64,000 nt of DNA from an uncultured Alphaproteobacteria bacterium (GTDB lineage: Bacteria > Pseudomonadota > Alphaproteobacteria > HIMB59 > GCA-002718135). The notes beneath the pieces are model-generated. The model was given only the letters and a program-made list of their open reading frames with translations, had not been told where the DNA came from and searched no databases. Positions 51,390-61,275 of this stretch are shown piece by piece. Position numbers and translations under genes: made by a program. The stretch lies in NCBI GenBank assembly GCA_902569865.1, contig CACFVT010000002.1:4638-68637 (forward strand), given 5' to 3'. Each line of letters starts with the position of its first letter. Within the stretch, counting starts at the first letter, position 1.

Positions 51390-51490
51390 ATTTCCTCCGA
51401 GAAATTATTTTTTTTATATAGATCAAATCAATTCCAAGGTACAGAAATCAATGATATTGAAATGCTAAATTTGGCTAAAAAATAGAAAAA

Positions 51491-52603
51491 ATGGAAAAAT
51501 TTTATACAAATACAGTAGTTATTGGTGCTGGAGTAGTAGGTTTGGCTATTGCAAAACAGATTAGTGTCAAAAATAGAGAAACTATTATTCTTGAAAAAGA
51601 GCCCAAAATTGGTCAAATTACTAGCTCTAGAAACTCTGGCGTTATTCATGCTGGCATTTATTATCAATCTAATAGCTTAAAATCTAAGTTTTGTGTTGAA
51701 GGAAATCAACTTCTTTATGCTTATGCTAAAAAATTCAATGTTCCTTTTATTAATACAAAAAAAATTATTGTAGCCATTGATGAATCACAGATGGAACAAA
51801 TATTTGAAATAAAGAAACAGGCTACAGCAAATGGTGTTGAAGGGTTAGAAATATTAAATGAAAATCAAGTCAGTCAATTAGAGCCTTTGATCAAGTCTTC
51901 AGGAGGTTTATACGTTCCATCTACTGGTATTATTGACCAGCATAGTTTGATGCAATCATATCTTGGAGAGTTTGAGAAAAACGGTGGAATGGTATCCTAT
52001 AATTCTACCGTCAAGAGAATATTAATGCATAATAAAAAATTTGAAATTGAAGTTATTGATAATGAAAAAAATAAAACAAAAATTATTTGTGATTATCTAA
52101 TCAATGCTGCAGGAATATTTGCTTCAGATATTGCTAGTAATATTGATGGTCTTGATAAAGAATATGTGCCTAATACTTATCTGGCAAAAGGAAATTATTT
52201 TTCCTTAAATAAAAAATTACCAATTAACCATTTAGTTTATCCAGTTCCAGAAAAGATAAGTCTCGGAATCCATTTGACTTTAGAGATAGATAAGTCAATT
52301 AAATTTGGTCCAGATGCTGAATGGGTTGATGATCCTTATGATTATTCTGTTAATGAAAATTTAAAATCAAAGTTTTGTCATTCGATAAATAGATATTTGC
52401 CTGATATTAGTGAGGATATGTTATCTCCTTCATATGCAGGAATTCGACCAATAACAAGTAAAGAGGATAGAGTTAAACGTGATTTTATGATTAGTACTGT
52501 TGAAAATCATAAAATAGAAAATTTATTTAACTTGTATGGTATAGAGTCACCTGGATTAACATCTTCTTTAGCAATAGCTAATTATATTATGGAAAGATTA
52601 TAA
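51491..52603 (+). CDS. FAD-dependent oxidoreductase, L-2-hydroxyglutarate oxidase (LhgO)-like
   Basis: Contains VVIGAGVVGLAIA...SSRNSGVIHAGIYY..SLKSKFC, which resembles LhgO/YgaF. Substrate not determinable. Confidence 0.6.
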   Translation: MEKFYTNTVVIGAGVVGLAIAKQISVKNRETIILEKEPKIGQITSSRNSGVIHAGIYYQSNSLKSKFCVEGNQLLYAYAKKFNVPFINTKKIIVAIDESQMEQIFEIKKQATANGVEGLEILNENQVSQLEPLIKSSGGLYVPSTGIIDQHSLMQSYLGEFEKNGGMVSYNSTVKRILMHNKKFEIEVIDNEKNKTKIICDYLINAAGIFASDIASNIDGLDKEYVPNTYLAKGNYFSLNKKLPINHLVYPVPEKISLGIHLTLEIDKSIKFGPDAEWVDDPYDYSVNENLKSKFCHSINRYLPDISEDMLSPSYAGIRPITSKEDRVKRDFMISTVENHKIENLFNLYGIESPGLTSSLAIANYIMERL

Positions 52604-53587
52604 ATGACAATTGGTATTTTAGGTGGCGGTGTTTGGGGCAGTGCTCTGGCTAAACTTTTTAGTGAGCAAGAAGTTTTAATTTATACTAGGGATAAAAAAG
52701 TGATGAACTCTATTAATGATCACCATTTTAATCCTAAATTAAAATATGCAACATTTAATGATAATGTCAAAGCAACGGATGATTTAGAAAGTATTACAAA
52801 AAAAAGTTTAATTTTCATTGCTCTTCCAACACAAAGTATTCGTGAAGTTTTATCAAAGTCATATTTTCAGAATTTAAATGCTGATGTAATTATTGCGTCT
52901 AAAGGAATTGAGATTTCATCATCTTTATTTTTATCTCAATTAGTAGAAAATCTAATTAAGCCTAAATCTTTAAGTATTTTGTCAGGACCTTGCTTTTCAG
53001 ATGAAGTTGCTCAAGATCTACCGACTGCAGCAACATTCGCTTCATCAAACTCATCAATTTTTGATCTCATTTCAGGCATGTTAAAGACTAAGAAATTTCG
53101 AATTTATTATTCGGATGATGTTATAGGCTGTCAAATTGGTGGAGCTTTAAAAAATATCTATGCTATTGCTGCCGGTATTTCGGATGGATTAAATTTAGGA
53201 GAAAACGCAAGAAGCGCACTTATTACTCGTTCTTTTGTTGAGATATCAAGATTTGCGATGTTTTTTAAATCAAAACAAGAAACTATTTTTGGTTTATCAG
53301 GTTTAGGGGATTTAATGTTAACGTGTAACTCTTCTAAATCAAGAAATACTAATTTTGGGATTAAAATTGCAAATATAAAACATAAAAATTTTGAGAAAGA
53401 ACTTGATCAAAATGCTATTACAGAGGGATATTATACTGCAAAAGCAGCTATAAAAATTGCTTCAGAAAATAATATTGAAATGCCAATCTTAGAGTCTGTT
53501 TTTAATATTCTCTATAATGAATTTGATATAGAAGAGGAAATTAAAAAACTAATGTCAAGACCTCTAACGATTGAAAAAATTAATTAA
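52604..53587 (+). CDS. gpsA: NAD(P)H-dependent glycerol-3-phosphate dehydrogenase
   Basis: Contains ILGGGVWGSALA, GALKNIYAIAAGISDGL and LTCNSSKSRN. Confidence 0.85.
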   Translation: MTIGILGGGVWGSALAKLFSEQEVLIYTRDKKVMNSINDHHFNPKLKYATFNDNVKATDDLESITKKSLIFIALPTQSIREVLSKSYFQNLNADVIIASKGIEISSSLFLSQLVENLIKPKSLSILSGPCFSDEVAQDLPTAATFASSNSSIFDLISGMLKTKKFRIYYSDDVIGCQIGGALKNIYAIAAGISDGLNLGENARSALITRSFVEISRFAMFFKSKQETIFGLSGLGDLMLTCNSSKSRNTNFGIKIANIKHKNFEKELDQNAITEGYYTAKAAIKIASENNIEMPILESVFNILYNEFDIEEEIKKLMSRPLTIEKIN

Positions 53588-53590
53588 TAA

Positions 53591-54517
53591 ATGAACTTAG
53601 ACACTGATCTAGTAAGCAATATTCGTATTAATCTTAGTGCAATAGAAAGAAGAACGTCTACTCTCACAAAAAGACGCTCCGTTAAAAAAGATTATCAAGC
53701 GGCATGGCTACTAAAAGCAATTTCTCTTATTGATTTAACAACTTTAAGCGGTGATGATACAGCTGGAAAAATAGAGCGCTTATGTGAAAAAGCAAAACGA
53801 CCAATCTCTCTTGATTTGCATGATAAATTAGGCCTAACACAAGGAGAGATCAAAGTTGGCGCAGTATGTGTTTATCATCATTTAATTAAAGAGGCTAAAA
53901 AAAATCTTCCAAATAATATTCCTGTTGCAGCTGTATCAACTGGTTTTCCTGCTGGATTATCATCTTTCAAAACAAGAAAACAAGAGATTACAGAGTCTAT
54001 TAAAAATGGTGCTGATGAAATAGATATTGTTATTAATAGAGGTTTTGTTTTGCAAAATAATTGGAAAAAATTATATGAAGAAGTTCGAGATTTTAAAAAA
54101 GCAGCAAAGACTAAGCACATAAAAGCAATATTAGGTGTTGGTGATTTAGAGACCTTAAGAAATGTTGCCAAAGCATCGATGGTTTGTATGATGGCAGGTG
54201 CAGATTTTATTAAAACTTCTACTGGGAAAGAATCTATCAATGCTAATCTAAATAATAGTTTAGTTATGCTTCGAATGATCAGACATTTTTATCAAATGAC
54301 AGGTAAAAAAATTGGGTTTAAGCCAGCTGGAGGTATTTCTACAGCAAAAACAGTTATTGAGTTTTTAATTCTTGTGATGGAGGAACTTGGGCATGAATGG
54401 ATAAATCCAAAATATCTTCGAATTGGCGCCTCCAGTCTTCTCATAGATATTGAGAGACAACTCTATCACTTTGCATTAGGAAGATATGCAAATAAAGAAA
54501 AGTTAGCAATTGGATAA
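53591..54517 (+). CDS. deoC: Deoxyribose-phosphate aldolase, long DERA (eukaryote-like) type
   Basis: Contains KKDYQAAWLLKAISLIDLTTLSGDDT, EIDIVINR, FIKTSTGK (Schiff-base Lys) and GFKPAGGI. By memory it aligns closely along its length with human DERA. Confidence 0.85.
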   Translation: MNLDTDLVSNIRINLSAIERRTSTLTKRRSVKKDYQAAWLLKAISLIDLTTLSGDDTAGKIERLCEKAKRPISLDLHDKLGLTQGEIKVGAVCVYHHLIKEAKKNLPNNIPVAAVSTGFPAGLSSFKTRKQEITESIKNGADEIDIVINRGFVLQNNWKKLYEEVRDFKKAAKTKHIKAILGVGDLETLRNVAKASMVCMMAGADFIKTSTGKESINANLNNSLVMLRMIRHFYQMTGKKIGFKPAGGISTAKTVIEFLILVMEELGHEWINPKYLRIGASSLLIDIERQLYHFALGRYANKEKLAIG

Positions 54518-56877
54518 TGAGTAAAATTATACAAAACTTTAAAAATATTTCTTATGGTCCAGCACCAGAGGACAGTAAAGATGTTATGTCCTGGATCAAT
54601 TCGCTGAATAATCCTAATCATTTATTTATAAATGGAGTTTGGGTAAAATCTAAATCATCTAAAAAAATACAAGTTATTAATCCGGCTTCTAATAAAAAAC
54701 TTACAACACTTTCCATATCTAATAACAATGATGTTAATGCGGCCGTAGGAGCAGCAAAAAAAGCATTTAATTCTTGGTCTAAAACTTCCTCTGATATGAG
54801 GGCAAAATATCTTTATGCATTAGCAAGATTAATTCAAAAACATTCTAGGTTTTTATCTGTCTTAGAGACGATTGATAATGGAAAACCGATAAGGGAAACA
54901 AGAGATATAGATATCCCATTAGTAGCAAGGCACTTTTATTATCATGCTGGATGGGCAAAAAAAATTGATACAAAAATAAATAAACCAATTGGTGTTGTTG
55001 GTCAGATAATTCCTTGGAATTTTCCTTTGTTAATGCTGGCATGGAAAATTGCTCCAGCAATTGCCGCAGGAAACACTGTTGTTTTAAAGCCTGCAGAATT
55101 TACATCTTTAACGGCGCTTTATTTTGCTGAATTATGTGAAAAGGCAAGAATTCCAAAAGGTGTAATTAATATTATTACTGGTGATGGTAGCACGGGAGAA
55201 CTTCTTACTGCACATCCGGATATAAAAAAGATTGCTTTTACAGGATCAACAGAAGTTGGAAAAAAAATAATTCAATCTACTGCTAAACATGAAAAAAAAC
55301 TAACAATGGAGTTAGGAGGCAAATCACCTTTTATAGTATTTGAAGATGCTGATCTTGATAGTGCTGTTGAAGGAGTAGTTGATGCCATATGGTTTAACCA
55401 AGGTCAGGTTTGTTGTGCAGGTTCTCGCTTGTTGATTCAAGAAAGTGTAGAAAAATTATTTATTAAAAAATTAAAAGCACGTATGGAAAAACTACGTGTA
55501 GGAAATCCACTCGATAAATCTATTGATATTGGTGCTATTGTTGCACCGGTGCAATTAAAAAAAATACAATCAATAGTAAAAAAAGGAGAAAAAGAAGGCT
55601 CTAAATTATGGCAACCTAGTTGGGCCTGTCCGACTGAGGGCCTATTTTATCCTCCTTCTATTTTTACCAATGTTTCGCCGTCTTCATTTATTGCGCAAGT
55701 AGAGATTTTTGGACCTGTCTTATCAGTGCTTAGTTTTAGAACACCTAGTGAAGCAGCAACTATTGCAAACAATACTCCGTACGGTTTAGCAGCAAGTATC
55801 TGGTCAGAAAATATTAACCTTGCTCTTGATATTGCTCCTAAAATAAAAGCTGGAGTTATATGGGTAAATTCAACTAATTTATTTGATGCTGCTTGCGGAT
55901 TTGGTGGATATAAAGAAAGTGGATTTGGAAGAGAGGGGGGTATTGAGGGAATTAGAGCATATCAAGATAATACACTGCCTGAGGCTAGTAAAATCAATAA
56001 GAGAGTAAATAAAAATAAAATTGAACTTTCTACTATAGATACGACACCTAAATTATATATTGGCGGTAAACAAAAAAGACCTGATAGCGGTTATTCTTTT
56101 AATCAATTATCTTCTCAAAAAGAATTTATTTGTGATATTGCTAGAGCTAATAGGAAAGACGTAAGAGATACTGTAGAAGCTGCTTCAAAATCAAAGATAG
56201 GAACTTCAAGTAATTTTAATCGTTCACAAATTTTATTTTATTTAGCAGAAAATTTATCTCAACGAAAAGAAACATTTGTTCATTTATTAATGAGTATTGT
56301 TGGTGTTAATAGAAACCAAGCAATAAAAGAATTTGAACAATCATGTGAAAGAATATTTTATTATGCTTCTATGGCGGATAAATTTGAAGGAAACATTCAT
56401 AACCCTCCAATGAGAGGTTTAACTTTAGCAGTAAAAGAGCCAATAGGTATTATGGCAAGTATTATGAGTAATGACCAACCCCTTTTAAGCATATCAACTA
56501 TCATATCTTCACTATTTGCTAATGGTAATTCTAGTATCATTGTGCCATCAGAAAAAACATCTCTGATAGCTACGTCTTTGTATCAAGTTTTTGAAACATC
56601 TGACATTCCCGCTGGTTCAGTTAATATATTAACAACAAAAGAAAATGAGCTAAACGAAACACTTACACAACACGAAAATATTCACGGAATATGGGCTTTT
56701 TCTAATAATGCAAAAATTAGATCATCTATTATTCACGGGACGGTATTTAATCTTAAACGCTATTGGTGTCCAAAAAATAAGACAATAGATTGGAGCAATA
56801 ATTCTGAAGAATTTTTAAATGAATTTCTTTATGAGGGATCTCAAGTTAAAAATATCTGGATTCCATATGGTGAGTAA
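54517..56877 (+). CDS. Aldehyde dehydrogenase with an extra C-terminal ALDH-like (apparently non-catalytic) domain
   Basis: The first about 480 aa form a complete ALDH (ELGGKSP with the catalytic Glu, GQVCCAGSR with the catalytic Cys). Residues about 500-786 repeat an ALDH N-terminal/NAD-domain-like pattern with no Cys motif. Confidence 0.8.
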   Translation: MSKIIQNFKNISYGPAPEDSKDVMSWINSLNNPNHLFINGVWVKSKSSKKIQVINPASNKKLTTLSISNNNDVNAAVGAAKKAFNSWSKTSSDMRAKYLYALARLIQKHSRFLSVLETIDNGKPIRETRDIDIPLVARHFYYHAGWAKKIDTKINKPIGVVGQIIPWNFPLLMLAWKIAPAIAAGNTVVLKPAEFTSLTALYFAELCEKARIPKGVINIITGDGSTGELLTAHPDIKKIAFTGSTEVGKKIIQSTAKHEKKLTMELGGKSPFIVFEDADLDSAVEGVVDAIWFNQGQVCCAGSRLLIQESVEKLFIKKLKARMEKLRVGNPLDKSIDIGAIVAPVQLKKIQSIVKKGEKEGSKLWQPSWACPTEGLFYPPSIFTNVSPSSFIAQVEIFGPVLSVLSFRTPSEAATIANNTPYGLAASIWSENINLALDIAPKIKAGVIWVNSTNLFDAACGFGGYKESGFGREGGIEGIRAYQDNTLPEASKINKRVNKNKIELSTIDTTPKLYIGGKQKRPDSGYSFNQLSSQKEFICDIARANRKDVRDTVEAASKSKIGTSSNFNRSQILFYLAENLSQRKETFVHLLMSIVGVNRNQAIKEFEQSCERIFYYASMADKFEGNIHNPPMRGLTLAVKEPIGIMASIMSNDQPLLSISTIISSLFANGNSSIIVPSEKTSLIATSLYQVFETSDIPAGSVNILTTKENELNETLTQHENIHGIWAFSNNAKIRSSIIHGTVFNLKRYWCPKNKTIDWSNNSEEFLNEFLYEGSQVKNIWIPYGE

Positions 56878-56969
56878 AATTTATTAAATAAAAATAAATT
56901 ATATAAATAAATTTTACATAATTACTTTTTTATGATGATATAGATTTTATATAAACGAAAGAGGTAAAT

Positions 56970-57422
56970 ATGTTAATAAATGTTAATCCACTGATAAGTC
57001 CTGAAATTTTATCACTTATAAGATCTATGGGACATGGAGATAAACTTGTTTTAAGTGATGCAAACTTCCCATCTTATTCCCAAGGAAATAAACTGTACCG
57101 TATGGATGGACTAAATGTTCCGCAAGCTGCTGAAGCTTTACTTGAACACTTTCCATTAGATAGTTTTATTCCTCATCCTGTGCAAAGAATGGAAGTCGAT
57201 GGTAAACCAGATGAAATAAATGAAGTACAAGAAGAATTAATAAATACTGTAAAAAAAGTATCTGGAGATAATTGGGTTGTAGGTTCAATTGAGCGACAAA
57301 AATTTTATGTAGAAGCAAAAAAAACTATGGCGGTAATAACAACAAGTGAAACTCGACCATACGGATGTTTTATTTTTACTAAAGGAGTTTTAAAACCAGA
57401 TGGAACTGTCTGGATTATTTAA
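56970..57422 (+). CDS. RbsD/FucU-family sugar mutarotase
   Basis: Contains SMGHGDKLVLSDANFP, typical of FucU/RbsD. Confidence 0.75.
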   Translation: MLINVNPLISPEILSLIRSMGHGDKLVLSDANFPSYSQGNKLYRMDGLNVPQAAEALLEHFPLDSFIPHPVQRMEVDGKPDEINEVQEELINTVKKVSGDNWVVGSIERQKFYVEAKKTMAVITTSETRPYGCFIFTKGVLKPDGTVWII

Positions 57423-57428
57423 TTATAA

Positions 57429-58349
57429 GTGCAAAATAAATTAAAATCTGAAGAAATAGCATTAAGAATTCGAAGAAGAGTATTCGAACATTGTATTAAA
57501 AATAATGGAGCTTATCTAAGTCAAGCTTGCTCTTCTGCAGAACAACTTGCATGGTTATATAATGAAGCATTAAATATTGGTGATTCAACAATGCCATCTA
57601 TCCCAGAAAGTTTTTCTGGAGTGCCAAGTATTAATAATAAAAAGTATAAAACTGGGGCTGGTTATAATGGTCCTATTGCCAATGAATATGATAGATTTAT
57701 TTTTGCACCAGCTCATTATGCTTTAGTAGCCTATGCAACACTCATAGAAGTGGGTCGCTTAGATCCAGCTGGTCTTTCAATGTTTAATAAGGATGGATCT
57801 TCAGTTGAAATTATTGGAGCAGAACATTCTCCTGGTATGGAAATGCACAACGGCACCTTAGGAATTGGATTATCTACAGCTGCTGGAATAGCTTATGGAA
57901 GAAAACTCAATAAAGAAAAAGGTGAAACTTGTGTTTTTATGTCAGATGGTGAGCTACAGGAGGGACAAATTTGGGAGGCTCTTCAAGTAAGCGTTTATTA
58001 TAAATTAGATAATCTCTGGGCTATAGTTGATGTTAATGAGCAACAGGTTGATGGTGCTATGAGCGATGTTTTAGATATTGGTGATGTACAAAAAAAAATA
58101 AATGCATTTGGAGCTAAATGTATTGAAATAGATGGTCATGACATCGACGCCATGAGACAAGCAAAAAAAGAACAACATAAAGATCAACCTTTGATTATCC
58201 TTGCAAGAACTTGTCCATACAAAGGTATGAATTATTTGAAAAAAAGATTCCCAAGATTGCATTATGTAAGATTTAAGTCTGAGGAAGAAAGAAGCATAAT
58301 GAATATAGAAATTTCTAAAGAATTAGGAATTGAGCCAATAGAATATTAG
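57429..58349 (+). CDS. Transketolase, N-terminal (ThDP-binding) subunit
   Basis: GTG start. Contains GTLGIGLSTAAG, the SDGELQEGQIWEA ThDP motif and DVNEQQVDG. Confidence 0.85.
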   Translation: MQNKLKSEEIALRIRRRVFEHCIKNNGAYLSQACSSAEQLAWLYNEALNIGDSTMPSIPESFSGVPSINNKKYKTGAGYNGPIANEYDRFIFAPAHYALVAYATLIEVGRLDPAGLSMFNKDGSSVEIIGAEHSPGMEMHNGTLGIGLSTAAGIAYGRKLNKEKGETCVFMSDGELQEGQIWEALQVSVYYKLDNLWAIVDVNEQQVDGAMSDVLDIGDVQKKINAFGAKCIEIDGHDIDAMRQAKKEQHKDQPLIILARTCPYKGMNYLKKRFPRLHYVRFKSEEERSIMNIEISKELGIEPIEY

Positions 58350-58350
58350 T

Positions 58351-59355
58351 ATGATTGAAATCGTAAATAAACCGTACAGCTATACTTTTAAAAACTACGC
58401 TTCTAAAAATAAAAAAATTTTATGTCTATCTGGTGATCTTACTTCTTCTTGCGAAGTAGATCAATTTAGAGATGAATTTCCTAATCAATTTGTTTCTATG
58501 GGAATGGCAGAGCAAAATATGATGAGTTTTGCTGGGGGATTATCTATGAGTGGATATATACCTTTTATTCATACTTTTGGTGTATTCACTTACCGTAGAC
58601 CTTATGATCAATTATTGGCATCAATTGCCTATCCACGCAGAAAAATTCGAATTATGGGCTTTCTTCCAGGAATAACAACACCCGCTGGTATGACTCATCA
58701 AGCTATAGAAGATATTTCTGTAATGAGAACGATTCCAAATATGACTGTAATAGAAACAGGAGATGCTACAGAAGTTGAAAGTATATGTGAACAAGCAAAT
58801 AATGTTGATGGACCTGTATATTGTAGAATATTAAGAGGCTCTGTTCCAAGACTATTTGATACTCCGCTCAAAATAGGCGATATAAGAGTATTAAATTCAG
58901 GCACAGATATATTATTAATTACTTCAGGTATTTGTACTGAAGAAGCATTAAGAGCAAGATCAGTATTAATTGATGCAGGCATCTCAATTTTACACCTGCA
59001 CGTTCACACATTTAAACCTTTCAATGAAGAGAAAATTTTAGATTTATTAACTAATATAAAAATAGGGGTTATTACAATGGAAAACCATTTAGTTAATGGA
59101 GGTCTTGGTACTCTTATTGCTGAAATAATATCAAAACATGGTTTATCAAAAAAATTAATGAAACTTGGTTTAAATGACACTTTTGCTCATGGAGGATCTA
59201 AGCAATATTTAACCAAATACTACGGTTTTGACGCATACGCATTGATTAAATCTATAGAAAAATTTATAGGACAACCATTAAATATTGAAGAAAAAGATTT
59301 AGAACAAGCAAGAATTGAAAATGTTCATTCTCTCTCTAAAGCTGAAGCACTTTAA
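58351..59355 (+). CDS. Transketolase, C-terminal (pyrimidine-binding) subunit
   Basis: Contains VSMGMAEQNMMSFAGGLS, HQAIEDISVMR and an HVHTFKPF-type C-terminal domain. Confidence 0.85.
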   Translation: MIEIVNKPYSYTFKNYASKNKKILCLSGDLTSSCEVDQFRDEFPNQFVSMGMAEQNMMSFAGGLSMSGYIPFIHTFGVFTYRRPYDQLLASIAYPRRKIRIMGFLPGITTPAGMTHQAIEDISVMRTIPNMTVIETGDATEVESICEQANNVDGPVYCRILRGSVPRLFDTPLKIGDIRVLNSGTDILLITSGICTEEALRARSVLIDAGISILHLHVHTFKPFNEEKILDLLTNIKIGVITMENHLVNGGLGTLIAEIISKHGLSKKLMKLGLNDTFAHGGSKQYLTKYYGFDAYALIKSIEKFIGQPLNIEEKDLEQARIENVHSLSKAEAL

Positions 59356-59358
59356 ATT

Positions 59359-60174
59359 ATGAAAAAAAAATTTTTTAAATTATTTAAAACTACAAAACCA
59401 ATTATAGCTATGGTTCATTTTCCTGCATTACCAGGATCACCATTATATGATGAAAAAAAAGGATTAGACTATATTTTTAATTCTATTCAAGCTGATGTTA
59501 AAAATTTACAGAATGCTGGAGTTGATGCCATTATGTTTGGTAATGAAAATGACAGACCTTATGAATTAAAAGTTAATAGAGCCACTTTATCTACTATGGC
59601 TTATATGATTGGAAAAGTAGCAGAAAAAATTAACATTCCTTTCGGTGTTAATGTTTTATGGGATCCAATCAGCACAATAGCACTTGCCGCTTCTACTAAT
59701 GCTAATTTTGTTAGAGAGATATTTACTGGTACCTATGCTTCAGATATGGGAATTTGGAGCCCAGATGCAGGTAAAGCTATGCGATATAGAAATTCTTTAG
59801 GGCGTAAAGATATACAAATGTACTATAATATTTCTGCAGAATTTGCATATTCCTTAGATAGAAGAACAATTGCTGAAAGAGCAGAAAGTACAGTATTTTC
59901 ATCAATACCAGATGCAATATTAGTATCTGGGCAAATCACAGGACAAGTTGCTAAACTGGACGAAATAAAAGAGGTTAGTAAAATTATTCCTAAGACACCT
60001 GTATTGGCAAATACTGGAGTAAATTATAATAATGTAGAAGATATTCTTATGGCAACTGATGGAGTGATTATTGGCTCCTCACTAAAATATAACGGAGATA
60101 CATGGAAAAATGTTGATCCAAAAAGAGCAAAAAAATTTATGAACAAAGTTAAGTCTATTAGAAAAAATGCCTAA
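59359..60174 (+). CDS. BtpA/SgcQ-family TIM-barrel protein
   Basis: IIAMVHFPALPGSPLYD...GVDAIMFGNENDRPY matches the BtpA-family N-terminal pattern. Confidence 0.65.
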   Translation: MKKKFFKLFKTTKPIIAMVHFPALPGSPLYDEKKGLDYIFNSIQADVKNLQNAGVDAIMFGNENDRPYELKVNRATLSTMAYMIGKVAEKINIPFGVNVLWDPISTIALAASTNANFVREIFTGTYASDMGIWSPDAGKAMRYRNSLGRKDIQMYYNISAEFAYSLDRRTIAERAESTVFSSIPDAILVSGQITGQVAKLDEIKEVSKIIPKTPVLANTGVNYNNVEDILMATDGVIIGSSLKYNGDTWKNVDPKRAKKFMNKVKSIRKNA

Positions 60175-61270
60175 CTTGAAAGAGATTAATTCTATAAATA
60201 ATACATTAGAAGATTTAGTTTTAATTTCTGGTTTATCTGGACACGAGACAAAAGTAAGAGATTATTTAAAAAAACAACTAAAACAAAATGCACTTAATGC
60301 AAAAACTGATATTTTAGGTAATTTAATTTGCACTCTTAAAGGCAATGAAAAATTACCATCTGTTATTTTATTTGCACATATGGATCAGCTTGGATTTATG
60401 GTCAAAAAAATTGAAGATAATGGATATATTAGAGTTGAAAGAGTTGGAGGAGTGCCTGAAAAGGCTTTGCTTTCCCAAGATGTTGTAATTGTAAATAATA
60501 AGCAGGAATTAATTCAAGGAGTCATTGGTAATAAAGCGCATCACGCAACTCAACCGAATGAAAAATACACAGTACATAAGGTAAATGAAATTTACATCGA
60601 TGCTGGATTTAAAAGTAAGAGAGAAGTTTTAAGAAATGGAGTCAATATTGGAAGCCCTATTACATATGCTCCTTATTATAAATCTCTTAAAAATAATAAT
60701 GTCTGTGGATCATCTATTGATGATAGAGCTGGTTGTGCAGTAATTCTTAATGCCGCTAAAGCTTTAACTAAATCTAAAAATAGACCTACAGTGCACATAG
60801 TTTTTTCAGTTCAAGAAGAATTTAACCTTAGAGGTATACTGCCAGTAATTAATACTCTTAAACCAAATATTGCTATTCAAGTTGATTTAACTCTAACCTC
60901 AGATACACCTGATATGGTTAACTCCAGTGATGTTTATTTAGGCAAAGGACCTTGCGTTAGTTTATTTTCTTTTCATGGAAGAGGGACGCTAAATGGTGTT
61001 ATACCTCATCCTTCAATAATAGAAATTTTTGAAAAAGTTGCTAAAAGTAAGAAAATTAATCTTCAAAGAAGTGTTGCATCAGGCATTTTAACCGATGCTT
61101 CATACGTGCAATTTGCTAATGAAGGTGTTGCGAGTATTGATGTAGGTTTTCCTATGCGTTATTCACATTCTTCTAGAGAAGTTTGCAACTTAAATGATCT
61201 TATTGATTTAAAAAATCTATTAGTTGCTGTTATAAATAAAATAGATAAAAAAATTAAACTTATAAGATAA
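60167..61270 (+). CDS. M42-family metallopeptidase homolog (FrvX/SgcX/YpdE-like)
   Basis: Contains SGLSGHETKVRDYL, AHMDQLGFMV, DDRAGCAV and a QEEF.LRG pattern. Confidence 0.75.
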   Translation: MPNLKEINSINNTLEDLVLISGLSGHETKVRDYLKKQLKQNALNAKTDILGNLICTLKGNEKLPSVILFAHMDQLGFMVKKIEDNGYIRVERVGGVPEKALLSQDVVIVNNKQELIQGVIGNKAHHATQPNEKYTVHKVNEIYIDAGFKSKREVLRNGVNIGSPITYAPYYKSLKNNNVCGSSIDDRAGCAVILNAAKALTKSKNRPTVHIVFSVQEEFNLRGILPVINTLKPNIAIQVDLTLTSDTPDMVNSSDVYLGKGPCVSLFSFHGRGTLNGVIPHPSIIEIFEKVAKSKKINLQRSVASGILTDASYVQFANEGVASIDVGFPMRYSHSSREVCNLNDLIDLKNLLVAVINKIDKKIKLIR

Positions 61271-61275
61271 TTAAT

